Below are positions 60,909 through 64,000 of a DNA stretch of 64,000 nucleotides, in pieces. Position 1 is the stretch's first letter. Each line of letters opens with the position of its first letter. This stretch comes from Thermomicrobiales bacterium. GTDB lineage: Bacteria > Chloroflexota > Chloroflexia > Thermomicrobiales > CFX8. The DNA is taken from assembly GCA_023954495.1 (NCBI GenBank), contig JAMLIA010000004.1, positions 13,419 through 77,418 on the forward strand, in the 5' to 3' direction. The position numbers and the translations under genes were made by a program. Below the pieces are notes generated by a model. The model was not told the DNA's origin. It saw nothing but the letters and a program-made list of their open reading frames with translations, and made no database searches.

Positions 60909-61690
60909 CAGTCGACGGCGAAAGCCTGGCGGCAATAGCGAGATCCTGTACGGCAGGAATGCCGTTCGGGAGTCGCTGCTCGCGAATCGTCGTCGCCACC
61001 AGCGTCTGCTGGTCGGTGACGGTATTGAGCAGCATGCGCGCATTCAGGAGATCACACAGATAGCAGTCGATCGGGGTATTGAGGTCAAGCGCACACCGCG
61101 CCATGACCTCGACACGCTGGTCCAGCGGCAACCATCGAAGTGTCGCCCTGGTCACCTCCGCCTATCCGTATGCGGAAGTGCTGAACCTCGCCGAGCTGGC
61201 CGCGAATCATCGGGCCCTGCTGGCGCTCGACGGACTCGCCGACCCGCAGAACGTCGGGACGCTGCTCCGGACGGCTGAGATCACCGGTATTGCCGGTGTA
61301 ATCATTCCGACCGATCGAGCGGCGTCGATCACGCCGGCTGTCGTCAACGCATCGGCTGGCGCAGTCGAGCACCTGAACATCCTGCAGGAGGTCAACCTCA
61401 GCCGCTGGCTCATGCGAGCCAAAGAGGCTGGGTTCTGGGTCGTCGGTCTGGCCGGTGACGACGAGGCGTCATCGTTGTTCGAGGTCAGCATGCAGCCACC
61501 GGTCGTCATCGTCACAGGCTCCGAGGGAGCGGGCATACGGCGGCTCGTGCGAGAGACATGCGACATCGTCGCCGCAATCCCGATGGCAGGGCAGATCGCT
61601 TCTCTGAATGCAGCAGTCGCCGGATCGATCGCACTCTACGAGGTGTTTCGCGATCGTGACAGCGATTCTGATGCTGTGGTGGTGACGTAA
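60865..61690 (+). pseudogene. rlmB: 23S rRNA Gm2251 methyltransferase RlmB-like (TrmH group 3) with its frame interrupted near 61120-61124
   Basis: The first frame reads ILYGRNAVRESL...RHDLDTLV. The continuation SGNHRSVALVTSAYPYAE...LADPQNVGTLLRTAE...SLNAAVAGSIALYE is in the +1 frame. Confidence 0.85.
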
Positions 61691-61834
61691 TGCCGCGACG
61701 GTATACACTTGTTGGTCGCGCGTCCGCAACGCGAATGTCGGCGCGCGCAGAATGCGAACGAGCATGACACAGCAGACGTGCGCGGCACGTGAATGCACGA
61801 ACATCGCGTTGCAGACAGTGAGGAAGGGCAGGGC

Positions 61835-62357
61835 GTGGTCAAGATCATTTTGATGCAGGACGTCCCCAAGTTGGGTGACGCCGGAACAGTCCAGGATGTT
61901 GCGCCGGGCTATGCGCGGAACTTTCTGATCCCGCAAGGCATCGCCACCATTGCGACCCGTGGCTCGATCAAGCAGGTCGGGCGACAGGCAGCCGAGGCAA
62001 AGCGGATCGCAAAGCAGGAAGAAGAGCTGCGCGGTCTGTCCGAGCGCATCCAGGGCACCCGCATTGAGGTGCAGGTACGCTGGCGAGCAGGGCCGCCTGT
62101 ATGGCTCGATCACAGCGGCCGACGTCGCAGAGAAGCTTGCCGCAGCCGTTGGCGAAGAGATCGACCGCCGTAAGGTCGACCTCGACGAGCCGATCCGTTC
62201 GCTCGGCGAGCACGAGGTGACGGTCCGGCTGGTTGGCCGACTCACTCCGACGATCACCGTCGTCGCGTTCGACCCGGACTACGTCCCTGAGGCGGAAGCT
62301 TCCGAGGACGAGGCCAGCGAGGACGAGCCGGACGAGGCAGCCGAAGAGGCGGAGTAG
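61835..62357 (+). pseudogene. rplI: 50S ribosomal protein L9 with its frame interrupted near 62075-62081
   Basis: GTG 61835 lies 7 nt after AGGAAGG. (M)VKIILMQDVPKLGDAGTVQDVAPGYARNFLIPQG...RIEVQVR is in one frame, and AGEQGRLYGSITAADVAEK...EHEVTVRL plus an acidic tail is in the +1 frame. Confidence 0.85.
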
Positions 62358-62363
62358 CCCACC

Positions 62364-63707
62364 ATGGTGCAGGCGATCGATCGGCTTCCACCTCACAATA
62401 TCGACGCGGAGCAATCCGTGCTGGGGTCGTTGCTGATCGATCGCGATGCCGTGATCCACATCGCTTCCTATGTCAAGCCGACCGATTTCTACCGGTCGGC
62501 TCATGGCGTCATCTACGAAGCAATCATCAACCTCTACAATCGCCGCGAGCCGACTGACCTCATTACCCTCGTCGATGAGCTGCGGCGCACAGACTACCTG
62601 GACGATACCGGCGGCGAGACGTATCTCGCCGAGCTGATCGCGGCAACACCAACCTCGGTACACGTCGAGTACTACGGGCGTATCGTGGAGCGCACGGCGA
62701 CGCTGCGACGCTTAATCAGCGCCGGCACTAATGTCGTCTCAATCGGTTACGACGACTCGCTGAACATCGAGGACGCGATCGATCAGGCCGAGCAGGCCAT
62801 CTTCAACGTGTCCCAGCGCCGGTCAACGAAGGATTTTCGTACCATCGGCGAGGTCCTTGAGGAGTACTTTGATCGGATCGATACGCTCCACCAGAACAAA
62901 GGCACGATCGTCGGCGTGCCGTCCGGCTACGCCGATCTGGACAAGATCACCGGTGGCCTGCAGCCGTCGGATCTCATCATCATCGCGGCCAGACCAGCAG
63001 TCGGCAAATCGTCGCTCGGGCTGGGGATTGCCTACAACTCGGCAATCCGCTATGCCAAGACGGTCGGCCTGTTCGTGCTGGAGATGTCGGCCGAGCAGAT
63101 CGTCCAGCGTCTGCTGTCGATGGAGACCGGCATCGACTCTCACCGGCTGCGGCTCGGCTACATCGACGACAGCGAATGGTCCAGCGTCACGCGCGCATTC
63201 GGTCGCCTGTCGGAAGCGGCGATCTACATCGATGACACCGCCTCGGTCAGCATCATGGATCTGCGCTCGAAGGCACGGCGCCTCCACGCTGAGCGAGGGC
63301 TGGACATCATCATCGTCGACTACCTCCAGCTCATGACGGCAGGCGGCCGCAGCGACAACCGTGTGCAAGAAATCTCGACCATTTCGCGTGCGCTGAAGCA
63401 ACTGGCTCGTGAGCTGAACGTGCCGGTCGTCGCGCTCGCGCAGCTCTCTCGTGCAGTCGAGACACGCCAATCGCATGTACCGATGCTCTCCGACCTGCGT
63501 GAATCCGGTTCAATTGAGCAGGACGCCGACATCGTCGCGTTCATTTACCGCGAAGATGTGTACGATCCCGACACTGAGCGCAAGGGCATTGCCGACATCA
63601 TCATTGCCAAGCACAGAAACGGCCCCGTTGGCACGGTACACTTGAGGTTCTTCGACCGCACTGCCCGGTTTGCGGATCTCGAAATGTACCGCGAGCCGGA
63701 TCTGTAA
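62364..63707 (+). CDS. dnaB: replicative DNA helicase DnaB (no intein)
   Basis: PPHNIDAEQSVLGSLL, IIAARPAVGKSS (Walker A), IIIVDYLQLM and SRAVETR...LSDLRESGSIEQDADIV. Confidence 0.95.
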   Translation: MVQAIDRLPPHNIDAEQSVLGSLLIDRDAVIHIASYVKPTDFYRSAHGVIYEAIINLYNRREPTDLITLVDELRRTDYLDDTGGETYLAELIAATPTSVHVEYYGRIVERTATLRRLISAGTNVVSIGYDDSLNIEDAIDQAEQAIFNVSQRRSTKDFRTIGEVLEEYFDRIDTLHQNKGTIVGVPSGYADLDKITGGLQPSDLIIIAARPAVGKSSLGLGIAYNSAIRYAKTVGLFVLEMSAEQIVQRLLSMETGIDSHRLRLGYIDDSEWSSVTRAFGRLSEAAIYIDDTASVSIMDLRSKARRLHAERGLDIIIVDYLQLMTAGGRSDNRVQEISTISRALKQLARELNVPVVALAQLSRAVETRQSHVPMLSDLRESGSIEQDADIVAFIYREDVYDPDTERKGIADIIIAKHRNGPVGTVHLRFFDRTARFADLEMYREPDL

Positions 63708-63750
63708 CAACGATCGCTCCCGTGTGACGCCATTCAAGAAGGACTCGACC

Positions 63751-64000
63751 GTGCCGTCCGACCAAGCCGGAGGATTCGACTCTTCCATTCCGGCGCAAAT
63801 CCTTGCCAAGCTCATCAGCGATGTCTGGAATCCGCTGGATGTCAAAATAGTGCTTGGCGTCGCTACGCTCGGCGGAACGACGGAGCTGGTGGCAGAAGCG
63901 GCCCTGCTCGCGGACGCATCGCTCAATCACGGGTCGCGCGCGGATGGCTCCGACCGGCCCGTCAGCGAGCGGCTGCTTGAGGCGCTGGAGCGAGTCGTCG
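63751..64000 (+). CDS. 5' part of a hypothetical protein; 3' end lies outside the window
   Basis: GTG 63751 lies 8 nt after GAAGGA. The frame stays open to the window end with G/C-rich third positions (VPSDQAGGFDSSIPAQILAKLISDVWNPLD...). No family recognised. Confidence 0.45.
   Translation, partial: MPSDQAGGFDSSIPAQILAKLISDVWNPLDVKIVLGVATLGGTTELVAEAALLADASLNHGSRADGSDRPVSERLLEALERVV

Overview
GC-rich, gene-dense chromosomal core segment with about 57 protein-coding genes and 4 tRNAs. I saw no rRNA, CRISPR array, transposase, integrase or recognisable defence module. Content is mostly housekeeping: infC-rpmI-rplT, HU, plsX, gyrB, a RodA/PBP pair, mtnP, ilvBNC, otsBA, polA, cysS, rlmB, rplI and dnaB. 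There is also a polysaccharide/envelope cluster at 12.4-21.6 kb and a moxR-DUF58-PrsW-transglutaminase operon. The gene content (DUF2298/YYY-like membrane protein, HemQ, actinobacterial-type rodA->pbp order) suggests a Chloroflexota/Thermomicrobia-like or other high-GC lineage; this is inference only. I found no convincing novel multi-gene system. The best-supported non-obvious signal is a leader-peptide transcription attenuator upstream of ilvBNC: a promoter, a 43-codon Ile/Val/Leu-rich ORF written in rare A/T-ending codons, and mutually exclusive antiterminator and terminator helices. The second notable observation is three reading-frame interruptions in three consecutive genes (cysS, rlmB, rplI) within about 1.9 kb, while every other gene in the window reads through; this may simply be sequence error. 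Smaller observations are a probable ATC start for infC, a tRNA-Arg with G34 (anticodon GCG) in the usual ACG scaffold, an HPRT with a roughly 140-aa nuclease-fold-like N-terminal extension, and a few unusual gene neighbourhoods. All family calls come from reading motifs in the supplied translations; no database search was run.
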